Source: Candidatus Omnitrophota bacterium
GTDB lineage: Bacteria > Omnitrophota > Gorgyraeia > Gygaellales > Profunditerraquicolaceae
Direction: 5' to 3'
DNA length: 64,000 nt
NCBI GenBank assembly: GCA_041661605.1
Contig: JBAZUE010000003.1
Coordinates: 13,934-77,933, forward strand
Below the pieces are notes generated by a model. The model was not told the origin of the DNA and did not search any database. It was given only the letters and a program-made list of their open reading frames with translations. Below are positions 25,822 to 34,559 of the stretch, one piece after another (within the stretch, counting starts at the first letter, position 1; the number at the start of each line of letters is the position of its first letter). Both the position numbers and the translations under genes were made by a program.

Positions 25822-26862
25822 TTAAAGCCGGTTAAAAACTCCAGCCAAATCTGTCCGGCAGAAAATACACTTATTTTCCACTATGTTCATTTCGCTTATG
25901 CTAAATCCTTCTCTTTTAATAAGCAATTTCTTACACGCAGGACACAAGGTATCCTGGCCCCAGGAGGTTACATTACCGGCGTATACATAACGTAACCCCG
26001 CCTTCTTGCCTAAATCGCAGGCCAATTTCAGGGTATATTCAGGAGTATCCTGGTAAGAATCAAATTTATAATCCGCATGAAACCGGGAAAGATGCCATGG
26101 GATATCCCTATTTGCTCCGGCAATAAAGCCGGCAATTCCGGAAAGCTCTTCCGGAGAGTCATTTTCGCCGGGGATAACCAAAGTAGTAATCTCAACCCAG
26201 ATTCCGGCATCCCTTAACCGCAAGATTGAATCAAGCACTGGCTTAAGATGGGCAGAGCAAATTCTTTGATAAGAGCTGTCTTTAAAGAATTTTAAATCAA
26301 TATTAGCCGCATCCAGATAAGGTTTAAGCAGATCAACGGCTTCAGAAGACATATAACCATTGCTTACGAATATATTATATAAACCCTCTTCTTTGGCTAG
26401 TTTTGCTGTCTCCAGGGCGAGCTCAAAATAAATCGTCGGCTCAGTATAAGTGTAAGCTATGCTTTTACAGTTATTCTGTTTGGCTAAGCTGACAATTTGT
26501 TTTGCGCTAAAATCCTCCCCCATTGATCTTTTATCCGGCGCAGCTCCTGTAAGACTAAGCGTGCGGGGGTTAAACTGTGATATCTGCCAATTTTGACAAA
26601 ATCCGCAGCGGAAATTGCACCCCAGGCTGGCAACAGAAAAAGCAAGGGTGCCGGGAAGAAAATGATATAGTGGTTTTTTTTCAACCGGGTCCACATTAGC
26701 GGCAACCAGTTTTCCATAGTTAAGAGTGTATAGAACACCTTTAATATTCTGCCTTACCCCGCAAAAACCGAATTTTCCTTCTTGAATTATACAACTGTGC
26801 GCGCAAAGCCTGCAGTGCACTTTTTCAGATTCTAAACGGGTATAGAGCAGGGCTTCTTTCAT
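25822..26862 (-). CDS. amrS: AmmeMemoRadiSam-system radical SAM enzyme (AmrS; PFL-activase-like)
   Basis: 346-aa ORF. It has an N-terminal CRLCAHSC...CGVR motif, VDPVEKKPLYHFLPG and the radical-SAM cluster motif GCNFRCGFCQNWQIS. Confidence 0.8.
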   Translation of the reverse strand: MKEALLYTRLESEKVHCRLCAHSCIIQEGKFGFCGVRQNIKGVLYTLNYGKLVAANVDPVEKKPLYHFLPGTLAFSVASLGCNFRCGFCQNWQISQFNPRTLSLTGAAPDKRSMGEDFSAKQIVSLAKQNNCKSIAYTYTEPTIYFELALETAKLAKEEGLYNIFVSNGYMSSEAVDLLKPYLDAANIDLKFFKDSSYQRICSAHLKPVLDSILRLRDAGIWVEITTLVIPGENDSPEELSGIAGFIAGANRDIPWHLSRFHADYKFDSYQDTPEYTLKLACDLGKKAGLRYVYAGNVTSWGQDTLCPACKKLLIKREGFSISEMNIVENKCIFCRTDLAGVFNRL

Positions 26863-27839
26863 ATTAATAAATGCACAAACCTGCTTTTTGGCAAACAGGC
26901 AACCTTATACAGGTTTTCTTTGGTTTCAGGTATATGCCGGTAAGAAACCTCTATATCCTTTAAGCCAATAGAATCGGAATATGAACAGGTTATTTGCGAA
27001 GACAGATGGATAAGATCCGGGGTAATTAGGCCTCTGGCCAATGAAGTGGGCCCGGCCAAATCTTTTGGCGGGAAAAACAGGTAATCTCCCGGCATAGCTA
27101 ATTGCGCAATCAGCTTGTTCTCCCCTTCATCCCTGCCCACAACCAGCCTGGAGCCGCTTTCTAAGCGAAAATGCCTGCCCACTTTCAGAAGCGCAAGGTT
27201 ATCCAGGTTTAATTCTTTATGCTGAAGCAATTCTTTTAATCTTTTAGAAAAACAAGGATCAGTCAACAAGCACCCACCCGCAGGATTAGCATACTTGTTT
27301 ATGCCTAATTTCTCCGCCAATTGCATCTGCGGAGTGCGTATGCGGCCGTTAAAATCAAGCAATTTTTCCCGCTTAACCCATCCCTCGGTTTCCGCTAAAC
27401 TTGGGGGGAAAAATTGCGCAGATAAAGGCCGCAGCAATAAATCATCAAGCCCGCTCCTCTGTTTAATCAACCTTAAGGCCTGCTTATTTTGAGACATCGG
27501 CCGCTGGCCTAAAACCTCACCGGTAACAATAAAATCTGCCTTCAATTCCTGTAATAATTCCCTGGCTTTAGTAAACATGAGTATCTTACAATCAATACAT
27601 GGATTCATATTAGAGCCAAAGCCATAACGAGGATTACTTATAAGAGATAGAAAATCAGCGTCTAAATCAAATTCGAGTAATTTTACCCCTATATCAGGAA
27701 GGTTTTTTTTGATATCTAGGTTGCAAAAAGGTATTTTAAAGTGCACACCGATGACCTCGACGCCCTGATCTTTTATGAGCTTGGCTGCCAATAAACTATC
27801 CAGGCCTCCGGAAACTAATGCCAATGCTTTTATCTTCAT
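26859..27839 (-). CDS. PP-loop ATP-pyrophosphatase, ThiI/MnmA-like thiolase family
   Basis: 326-aa ORF with the PP-loop ALVSGGLDSLLAA and the conserved NPCIDCK and GEVLGQRPMSQ blocks. It overlaps amrS by 4 nt. Confidence 0.6.
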   Translation of the reverse strand: MKIKALALVSGGLDSLLAAKLIKDQGVEVIGVHFKIPFCNLDIKKNLPDIGVKLLEFDLDADFLSLISNPRYGFGSNMNPCIDCKILMFTKARELLQELKADFIVTGEVLGQRPMSQNKQALRLIKQRSGLDDLLLRPLSAQFFPPSLAETEGWVKREKLLDFNGRIRTPQMQLAEKLGINKYANPAGGCLLTDPCFSKRLKELLQHKELNLDNLALLKVGRHFRLESGSRLVVGRDEGENKLIAQLAMPGDYLFFPPKDLAGPTSLARGLITPDLIHLSSQITCSYSDSIGLKDIEVSYRHIPETKENLYKVACLPKSRFVHLLI

Positions 27840-27862
27840 GTTAAGATGATTTCAATGGTTTG

Positions 27863-28606
27863 TTACTCTGGTAAGAAGTTCTTTGCTAATGCCATAAATA
27901 CTATTCCCAGCAAGAAGGCAAAAAAAGCAGCGGTTGAACGTTTGAGGTCATTTTCTTTATGCAGCTCCGGAATAAGATCGCTGGTGGCAATATAAATAAA
28001 GCCTCCGGCAGTAAACGGCAGGATAAAATTGGCAAAATTACCGGCAAGATCGGTTATAAAATACCCAATCACCGCCCCAACCACCGCCATAAGCGCTGAT
28101 GCAAAATTAAATAAAAGCGCCTTTTTCCTGCTAAAGCCTCCGTATACCAAGACGGCAAAATCGCCTAACTCCTGGGGAATCTCATGCAATATAATTGCCA
28201 AAGTAGTAACCAGGCCAAGCTTTAATGAAACAATAAAGCTTGCGGCAATAACCATACCATCAATAAAATTATGGAACCCATCCCCCACCAGGTTCAGATA
28301 AGTAAAAGCATGGATTTTACAGGAACTTTCCTCATGGCAATGCCGCCAATGCAGGTATCTTTCCATCAAGAAAAAGATTATGATGCCAAGTATGAGGTAG
28401 GAAAATACTACATTGCTTTTGTTGTTTTCCAGACATTCCGGGAGTATATGCAGAAAGGCGCCCCCAATGAGAGCGCCTGCGGAAAAACCAATCAGGCAAA
28501 AAAGAATCTTATGCAAAAGATCACCCTTGATGGAAAGAGTAAAAATACCCACCAGGGATATAAGGCTGACTAAGGTTGTGCTGCCCAGGATCCAAATTAA
28601 AACCAT
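27863..28606 (-). CDS. ZIP-family divalent-metal transporter (ZupT-like)
   Basis: 247-aa polytopic ORF with the signature HNFIDG and HEIPQELGDFAVL. Confidence 0.85.
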   Translation of the reverse strand: MVLIWILGSTTLVSLISLVGIFTLSIKGDLLHKILFCLIGFSAGALIGGAFLHILPECLENNKSNVVFSYLILGIIIFFLMERYLHWRHCHEESSCKIHAFTYLNLVGDGFHNFIDGMVIAASFIVSLKLGLVTTLAIILHEIPQELGDFAVLVYGGFSRKKALLFNFASALMAVVGAVIGYFITDLAGNFANFILPFTAGGFIYIATSDLIPELHKENDLKRSTAAFFAFLLGIVFMALAKNFLPE

Positions 28607-28616
28607 ATATAGGGAA

Positions 28617-28697
28617 TTATCCTAAACAGGGTTTTCTGCCTTTATTGGCTTTCTTAGAACGCCAGTTGAGCTTGCCTCTACGTTTTCTTTTTCCCAT
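28617..28697 (-). CDS. 26-codon highly basic small ORF (possible bTHX-like ribosomal peptide; speculative)
   Basis: Hand translation gives MGKRKRRGKLNWRSKKANKGRKPCLG. AAGGA lies 6 nt upstream of the ATG, and the ORF starts 2 nt after the stop of the preceding gene. It is not in the track. Confidence 0.3.
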   Translation of the reverse strand: MGKRKRRGKLNWRSKKANKGRKPCLG

Positions 28698-28699
28698 AT

Positions 28700-29383
28700 T
28701 TAATCCTTGTAATAAGTTGGCGGTACATTCAGGACAGTATAACGCGCTGCTTCAAGCAGGCATTCATAAATAACTTTACCCATGGGAGTCCCGGAGAAAT
28801 CATTTAACCCTGCTTTAAAAACCTTATCATGGGGGGTATTTATTTTATTACCGGGATTCTCCACCGCCTGACTTTGAATATCCCGGCTGCTTATTACATT
28901 TGAAGTGGCGCGTTCTACAATACGCAGGTTTAACTGCATAGTTGCCTTGTTCAAAGGGGCGCCCAATAAGCCGCCCATAAAACTACTGGCAGCGCTTCCG
29001 CCGCCGGCTATCCCGGACTTACCTCCTGAATTCTCCGGAACAAATTCAATAATCCCCGCGCTAATAATCAGATCCGCTTCCGGCGGAGCGACTATTATAA
29101 AACGCTTGGTATTATTTAAAATGCTGACAAAATATTCTTTTAAAGCCTGTCCGGTTTCCGTATTAAGTCCGGAGGTTTTTAACTCAAAATCGCTAACCGC
29201 TATTCTAGCTTTCGGCCCAGAATACCCTTCTAAAGGCTCTCCTGCCAGATATTTACTTCCCGGAGGCTGCATTTTTGTTGAGAAACATCCCGCAATAAAC
29301 AGAGATATAACCAGGCAGCCAAATAATTTAAAGCCTTTCTTCATACTCATTTTTAATATATTACCAATTAAGCTGACTGTCAA
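28700..29383 (-). CDS. CsgG/HfaB-family-like lipoprotein
   Basis: 227-aa ORF with the lipobox LFIAGC. The pattern ARIAVSDFELKTSG...TGQALKEYFVSILNNTKRF is typical of CsgG-like proteins. It is shorter than canonical CsgG. Confidence 0.45.
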   Translation of the reverse strand: MTVSLIGNILKMSMKKGFKLFGCLVISLFIAGCFSTKMQPPGSKYLAGEPLEGYSGPKARIAVSDFELKTSGLNTETGQALKEYFVSILNNTKRFIIVAPPEADLIISAGIIEFVPENSGGKSGIAGGGSAASSFMGGLLGAPLNKATMQLNLRIVERATSNVISSRDIQSQAVENPGNKINTPHDKVFKAGLNDFSGTPMGKVIYECLLEAARYTVLNVPPTYYKD

Positions 29384-29402
29384 GGGAAACCTGGTTATTC
29401 TA

Positions 29403-30044
29403 TCAGCTAAGCATATCCGCCAGTTGCCTGATTCCGGAAATTATCTTAAACGGATGCTCTCTCTTAATTTCAAGCCTGCTGCTTGAGCCGCTGGTTACAA
29501 TTATCGTCCTAACCTTTGAGCGCCTTCCGGCTTGCGCATCAATAACCATGTCCCCTACATATAAAACCTGCGATTTTTTAAAAGCGAACCTACTGATTAT
29601 CTTATTTAATATTTCGGGATCAGGTTTACCATGTTCTAATTTATCGGCGCAAAGAACATAATCGAAGAAATTCATTATTTTCAAGTGTTTTAATAAAATA
29701 AGGGAAAACCTGCTTGGCCGGTTACTGGCTACTGCTAACTTGCAGCCACAGGCCTTAAGCTTACGCAAAAGCCCCCTGGTATATGGATAAAGCCTTGATT
29801 GCCGAACCAAGCTAAGCTTATGGTGGTTACGATAGAGACGCAAGGATCGCCCTAAATCTTTCTCAGGCACATACGGCCTGAGCAAATTCACATCTCCCCA
29901 GCCAACTAAGCGGCGGATAAACCCCGGACTCCTGGGTTTTAACCCAAGCTTACGCATTACATAGTTAAAACTGCTGCATATGGCCGCATAAGCGTCTATC
30001 AGGGTGCCGTCCAAATCAAAAATGATTAATTTAATATTCTGCAT
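29403..30044 (-). CDS. HAD-IA hydrolase (phosphoglycolate-phosphatase-like)
   Basis: 213-aa ORF with motif I IIFDLDGTLIDA and motif IV YVGDMVIDAQAG. Confidence 0.7.
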   Translation of the reverse strand: MQNIKLIIFDLDGTLIDAYAAICSSFNYVMRKLGLKPRSPGFIRRLVGWGDVNLLRPYVPEKDLGRSLRLYRNHHKLSLVRQSRLYPYTRGLLRKLKACGCKLAVASNRPSRFSLILLKHLKIMNFFDYVLCADKLEHGKPDPEILNKIISRFAFKKSQVLYVGDMVIDAQAGRRSKVRTIIVTSGSSSRLEIKREHPFKIISGIRQLADMLS

Positions 30045-30048
30045 AATG

Positions 30049-30081
30049 AAAATTTAGGCAGGGCTTCTAACCCTGCCTAAA
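30049..30081 (-). terminator. Rho-independent terminator
   Basis: Minus strand reads TTTAGGCAGGG-TTAGAAG-CCCTGCCTAAA followed by TTTT, downstream of the 189-aa gene. Confidence 0.6.
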
Positions 30082-30118
30082 TAAAACCTAATCCTTAACA
30101 ATACTTATTTACTGCCGC

Positions 30119-30688
30119 CTATTTTTGGGTAGCTGTCTCCGGTGTTTCAGTGGCCGCAGCGCCTGTTTCAACAGCTGCTGCCGGTTTATCTGCCGGCTGT
30201 TTCGGGACATCTTGCGTATCAGCCTGCTTAGTGTCTCCAACAGCCTGCGCAGGAACAGGAGCAGAAGAATCCTGGCTCTCAAGGCTGATATTCTTAGCCA
30301 TATTCTTGCCGTCCGGGCCAACAGTATAATCTATGCTCAAGGTGTCTTTAATTTTTATCTCATCAAAGCTTTTGATATTTTCAAAAGCAGTCTTTTCATC
30401 GACGCCTAAAACAATATCCTTTTCCTGGTCTGTTTCATAATCAAGGTATTTTAAGGTAATTGTTTTTCCTGCGCTGTCTAAATTAACCACCTCTCCCCAG
30501 GTCCATTGCGTATCATTTTCATTCTGTACAGGAGCCTGCGCAGCAGGAGCGGATGCTTCCGGATCCGTTGAAGCGGCAACAGGAGTTTCAGTGCTGACCT
30601 TAACTTCTTCGGCAGCAAAGGCAATAAGCGTAGTTCCCGCAATTAATGCGGTAAATACAAAAACAGCTGTGATTTTCTTTAAATCCAT
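30119..30688 (-). CDS. Secreted protein with Ala/Pro/Thr-rich low-complexity flanks (unknown function)
   Basis: 189-aa ORF with a signal peptide (VFVFTALIAGTTLIAFA), a central roughly 90-aa globular segment and low-complexity termini. Confidence 0.4.
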   Translation of the reverse strand: MDLKKITAVFVFTALIAGTTLIAFAAEEVKVSTETPVAASTDPEASAPAAQAPVQNENDTQWTWGEVVNLDSAGKTITLKYLDYETDQEKDIVLGVDEKTAFENIKSFDEIKIKDTLSIDYTVGPDGKNMAKNISLESQDSSAPVPAQAVGDTKQADTQDVPKQPADKPAAAVETGAAATETPETATQK

Positions 30689-30743
30689 CTTATTCCCTCC
30701 TTTATTAGGAATTAAATTAACATAGATTATCTAATTTGTCAAG

Positions 30744-32135
30744 TTATCTATAAAAGGGCAGGAAGATTAAGGCTATCATCACAATAAACGTAGTAACCAG
30801 CCCCACGCTTAAGCCCACCCAGAACCAGTTAAGGAAAGTTATTTTAATCCGCTTCTCCTTCTCAAGAATACCTATAGCTACAATATTAGCTGTAGAGCCG
30901 ATAAGAGTTATATTGCCCCCCAAACAGCCTCCGAAAAGCAAAGCCCACCATAATGGCTGCAGGTTTATATTCAAATCCCGGAAACCCTGCACCACGGGGA
31001 TAAAAGCCGCTACTAATACCACATTGTCTAAAACACTTGAACCTATCGCGCTTATCCAAAGCATAGCAGAAATCAAAAGGTCCAGGCTGTTACTGCAGGC
31101 CGCCAGCATATGCTTGGCGATAAAAACAGTCGCTCCGGTATATTTTAATGTTCCTGCCTGGACAAATAGAAGCAAAAAAAACAGCAATGTCCACCATTCC
31201 ACGTCTTTTTCTATATACTTTCTGGCTTTATGATGTTTCCAAATCATTACCAGCCCGCTGGCTACGAGGGGCACAACCAGTAAAACAGTGTTCACGGGCA
31301 GGTCCCAGGCTATTTCCATACGGCGATGCAAAGATATAGAAATCAGCATCACTATAAATATCCCTAAGTTTATTCTTAGGCTTCTTTCCGGAGGCACAGA
31401 AATTAACCTGATAAGTATTTCATTAGCTCCCAGCCTTTGCATCTGTTCATCAAGCAGCCTGATCGGCTTCCTATACCAGAATAAAAGCATAGCAATAGTA
31501 ACCAATAAACATAATACCGCCAGAGGAAAGGCCTTAACAATAAAATCTTCAAAACTTAATCCTGATTTTGAAGCAATAAGTATCCCGATAGGGTTGCCTA
31601 ATACAGTCGCCGAAGAACCTATATTTGTAGCTAAAACTGAAATTATTACAAACGGTACAGGGTTAACTTCAAAATAATCGCAAATCTCCAGGACCGCAAC
31701 AACCATAAAAATAATTGAAGTTACCTCATCAATAGTACAGGCGAGCAAAGCCGAAAAGATCCCGATGATCAAGGCGAACTTCTTACCGGTTAATTTGGGG
31801 ATACGCAGGATAAGGCTGACAATCCAGGCAAAAACTCCTGAATCTTTAAGCAGGCCGATAATTACCATCATCCCCACCAGAAAAAGGATTACCTCGAGCG
31901 AAGAAAATTCAATAACATGCTCCAAGTCAATGGTCTTAGTCATCAGCAATACAGAGGTGCCGATAAAAGCAAAACTAAGGCGAAAATCCCAAAAGAAAAG
32001 AGTCCCGAGGATTGAAGCAGAGAATATGCTTATAGATAGGGCCTGATGCACATTCATTCCGGTGCCCCTGGCGTAAAATCCAAGGCATAGGGAAAGAAGA
32101 AACAAAGAGCATAGTTTAATAACTAAGCTTTTCAT
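30744..32135 (-). CDS. ArsB/NhaD-superfamily permease (second copy in the window)
   Basis: 463-aa polytopic ORF with the same family hallmarks as 17157-18425 (GSSATVLGNPIG, GGNITLIGSTANIV). Confidence 0.7.
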   Translation of the reverse strand: MKSLVIKLCSLFLLSLCLGFYARGTGMNVHQALSISIFSASILGTLFFWDFRLSFAFIGTSVLLMTKTIDLEHVIEFSSLEVILFLVGMMVIIGLLKDSGVFAWIVSLILRIPKLTGKKFALIIGIFSALLACTIDEVTSIIFMVVAVLEICDYFEVNPVPFVIISVLATNIGSSATVLGNPIGILIASKSGLSFEDFIVKAFPLAVLCLLVTIAMLLFWYRKPIRLLDEQMQRLGANEILIRLISVPPERSLRINLGIFIVMLISISLHRRMEIAWDLPVNTVLLVVPLVASGLVMIWKHHKARKYIEKDVEWWTLLFFLLLFVQAGTLKYTGATVFIAKHMLAACSNSLDLLISAMLWISAIGSSVLDNVVLVAAFIPVVQGFRDLNINLQPLWWALLFGGCLGGNITLIGSTANIVAIGILEKEKRIKITFLNWFWVGLSVGLVTTFIVMIALIFLPFYR

Positions 32136-32167
32136 TGATCAAAGATAAGTTTCTTGCAGCCTGCTGG

Positions 32168-32740
32168 TCAATAAATAGACGCCTTGATCCGTGAATGCAT
32201 TTTATTAAAAATAGCTGTTGCGAACACAACCTTTAACAGGTCGCCTGGCACAAAAGGCAAGAAGCCAAGCAAGAATGCCTGACTAAACGGACAAGACAGG
32301 GAAATCTTAAGCCAGAACATCCCGCTAAGCAGGATTATAAAATCCGCGAATAAAAACCTTAAAAACGTATTCCAGTAGTTGCTGTGCTTTCCTTCCAGGA
32401 ATAAACTTCCGGCAAGAAAAGATGCCAGGATAAAACCAACAATATAACCGCCGGTAGGTCCCAAAAGATAAAGAGAGCCGCTGCCAAAACCAGTAAATAC
32501 CTGAGAACCGGTCAACCCCAGAAACAAATACCCTGTCTGGGTCAACAACCCCAATTTCCTGCCCAATAACGCGCCCGAAAGCAAAACAAATAACGTTTGC
32601 AATGTAAGCGGCACAGGCGTAAAAGGCAACGGTATGCGCACAAACGCGGATAAAGTAATTAAAGCTATAAAAACTGTAACCGCCAAAACCCGGGAAACCT
32701 TCTTATTGATAATAATTTCTCTGTTTAGAATCGATTCCAT
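32168..32740 (-). CDS. bioY: Biotin transporter BioY (ECF S-component)
   Basis: 190-aa ORF with the BioY pattern VPLTLQTLFVLLSGALLG, GPTGGYIVGF and LPFVPGDLLK. Confidence 0.85.
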   Translation of the reverse strand: MESILNREIIINKKVSRVLAVTVFIALITLSAFVRIPLPFTPVPLTLQTLFVLLSGALLGRKLGLLTQTGYLFLGLTGSQVFTGFGSGSLYLLGPTGGYIVGFILASFLAGSLFLEGKHSNYWNTFLRFLFADFIILLSGMFWLKISLSCPFSQAFLLGFLPFVPGDLLKVVFATAIFNKMHSRIKASIY

Positions 32741-32807
32741 ATGCTCTCCTATATTGCTGTTATTAGTTAGATTTTCTATACATTATATATTAAAACTGAA
32801 TAATAGC

Positions 32808-32853
32808 AAAAAGAAAATGGGAGCCAGATTATTATCTTGAATCTAGCCCCCAT
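32808..32853 (-). terminator. Rho-independent terminator
   Basis: Minus strand reads ATGGGGGCTAGATT-loop-AATCTGGCTCCCAT, a 14-bp stem with two G-U pairs, followed by TTTTCTTTTT. It lies downstream of the 67-aa gene. Confidence 0.55.
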
Positions 32854-32876
32854 TCTTTATAAATTGAAACCCTGTT

Positions 32877-33080
32877 TTATTCCTTAGCTATAGCCAAGGT
32901 AATCACCCCGGCCAAAATCAAGAACAGGCCGATACAACCCTTGACGATTAAAAGAAGCGCCTTCCACCATTTCAAGATTGCCAAACCTCCTAATACTAAA
33001 AACGCCAGGCCTAAAACAACCTTAAAAAGCGTAGACAGCGTCTTTTTAGCATCGCAGCACTTTTTCTCTTCTCCTGCCAT
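32877..33080 (-). CDS. Small two-TM membrane protein
   Basis: 67-aa ORF with two hydrophobic helices. It lies directly downstream of the acyltransferase gene. Confidence 0.3.
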   Translation of the reverse strand: MAGEEKKCCDAKKTLSTLFKVVLGLAFLVLGGLAILKWWKALLLIVKGCIGLFLILAGVITLAIAKE

Positions 33081-33093
33081 TTAAGCACCTCCT

Positions 33094-34008
33094 TTAACTG
33101 GGTTTACTTTTCCACCTGCGGTGGATCCAACCCCACTCCGCAGGATATTTACGTATATACGCTTCAATTATATCCGTAAGCCTTTGAATATTTATCAATA
33201 TAGTATCTTGAGTATCTTTGCCGGTTTTTAATTCTAACTCAGGCTCAAAAATTATCTTATGTCTGTCTCCGCCCGGCTGCCTGATAATAAAACAAGGAAT
33301 TAACGCTGCGCTCGTCCGCTGCGCCAGGATTACCGGACCGGTTGCAGTTGCCGCCTGTTTTCCGAAAAAGTTTACAAATACCCCGCCGGTACCGAAGTTC
33401 TGGTCTATAGGGATAAAGACTATCTCGTTATTGCGTAAGGCTGAAATTGTACTATTTACACACTCATTGCGCGGCTGGCTATAGATAGTCCTTACTCCGT
33501 ATCTCTTTCTTTTTTCAAGGAAAATCTTTTCCACCCGGGCATCGTGCATCGGCCGCATGATCCCGCATGTTTTGTAGCCACCTAACGCCAGACGGCCTAA
33601 AAGAAGCGGGAAATTGCCAAAATGCGCGCTTACTAAAATCACTCCCCGTCCGCGCCCTAATGCCTTATCCAGATTTTCAATCCCCTGGATATCCACTTTT
33701 AATTTCAGCATCTGCGGTTTGTCAAAAAAGAACATCAGTTCAACCGCACTTTTAGCCATATATATAAAACAATCCCTGGCTATTCGTTCAATCTCCTGGC
33801 GGGATTTTTGCCGGCCAAAAGCGATATCAAGGCTCTCCAAAGCGATCTTTTTCTGTTTTGCCGCAAATACATAAGCCAAAGAAGCAATATTCCTGGCAAA
33901 AATATAAAGATATCCCGGAGGAATCACTCTTACTATCAAAGAGCATATATTTAAACCGAGCCAAGCCATAAAACGGCTTAGGCCCTTGCGTAATTTTTTA
34001 GAATCCAT
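33094..34008 (-). CDS. LpxL/HtrB-family lysophospholipid / lipid A acyltransferase
   Basis: 304-aa ORF with an N-terminal TM anchor, the catalytic-His region LVSAHFGNFPL and the conserved DQNFG block. Confidence 0.7.
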   Translation of the reverse strand: MDSKKLRKGLSRFMAWLGLNICSLIVRVIPPGYLYIFARNIASLAYVFAAKQKKIALESLDIAFGRQKSRQEIERIARDCFIYMAKSAVELMFFFDKPQMLKLKVDIQGIENLDKALGRGRGVILVSAHFGNFPLLLGRLALGGYKTCGIMRPMHDARVEKIFLEKRKRYGVRTIYSQPRNECVNSTISALRNNEIVFIPIDQNFGTGGVFVNFFGKQAATATGPVILAQRTSAALIPCFIIRQPGGDRHKIIFEPELELKTGKDTQDTILINIQRLTDIIEAYIRKYPAEWGWIHRRWKSKPS

Positions 34009-34062
34009 CTTAATTTAAGTTAAATAATTATAACAAACTGTCCCTAATTTGCAAATATAAAT

Positions 34063-34545
34063 TTAAAGTTTATAACCAAGTTTACGCAATAAATCCTTAC
34101 GCCAAACGATATCCTCAGGAGTCTCTATACCTTTGGGACTTTGACCGTCAATTACTCCCAATATACCTCTTCCGCTTTGGGTTTGGGCAATAATTATCTC
34201 CGCCGGATTTGCCGTAGCGCAATATATATTGCAGACTTCAGGGATATTCTTTATGGCGTTTAAAACGCTGACAGGAAAAACATCCTTAAGGAAAACAATA
34301 AAGCTATGCCCGCAGGCAAGCTCAAGCGCATTCTTACAAGCCAACTCTCTGAGCCCTGCATCATTGCCTTCGCAGCGTACTTTACAGGCACCTGATGCCT
34401 CGGCAAAGGCCAGGCCGAATTTTGCTCCCGGAATATTAGCCAGGGCTTCATAAAGGTCCTCTACCGTCTTGATAAAATGGCTTTGTCCTAAAATAAAATT
34501 TAAATTTTCGGGTTTATCTATTTTTACTATCTTTAGCTCTAACAT
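34063..34545 (-). CDS. Adenosine-specific-kinase-family (DUF355) protein
   Basis: 160-aa ORF. The pattern FILGQSHFIKTVEDLYEAL...FGLAFAEASG matches my memory of this family. Confidence 0.5.
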   Translation of the reverse strand: MLELKIVKIDKPENLNFILGQSHFIKTVEDLYEALANIPGAKFGLAFAEASGACKVRCEGNDAGLRELACKNALELACGHSFIVFLKDVFPVSVLNAIKNIPEVCNIYCATANPAEIIIAQTQSGRGILGVIDGQSPKGIETPEDIVWRKDLLRKLGYKL

Positions 34546-34559
34546 ATAAACCTCTCTGT

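Noticed and set aside
17157-32135. The two ArsB/NhaD-family permeases (17157-18425 and 30744-32135) as a recent duplication or repeat
   Set aside because: The protein sequences share family motifs only and are clearly divergent by eye, with no nucleotide-level repeat. They are ordinary paralogues.
32741-32876. Possible BirA operator upstream of bioY (TGTTAT...TATACA)
   Set aside because: Only a weak partial palindrome is present. It lacks the AACC/GGTT core seen at 3862-3891, so no site is claimed here.
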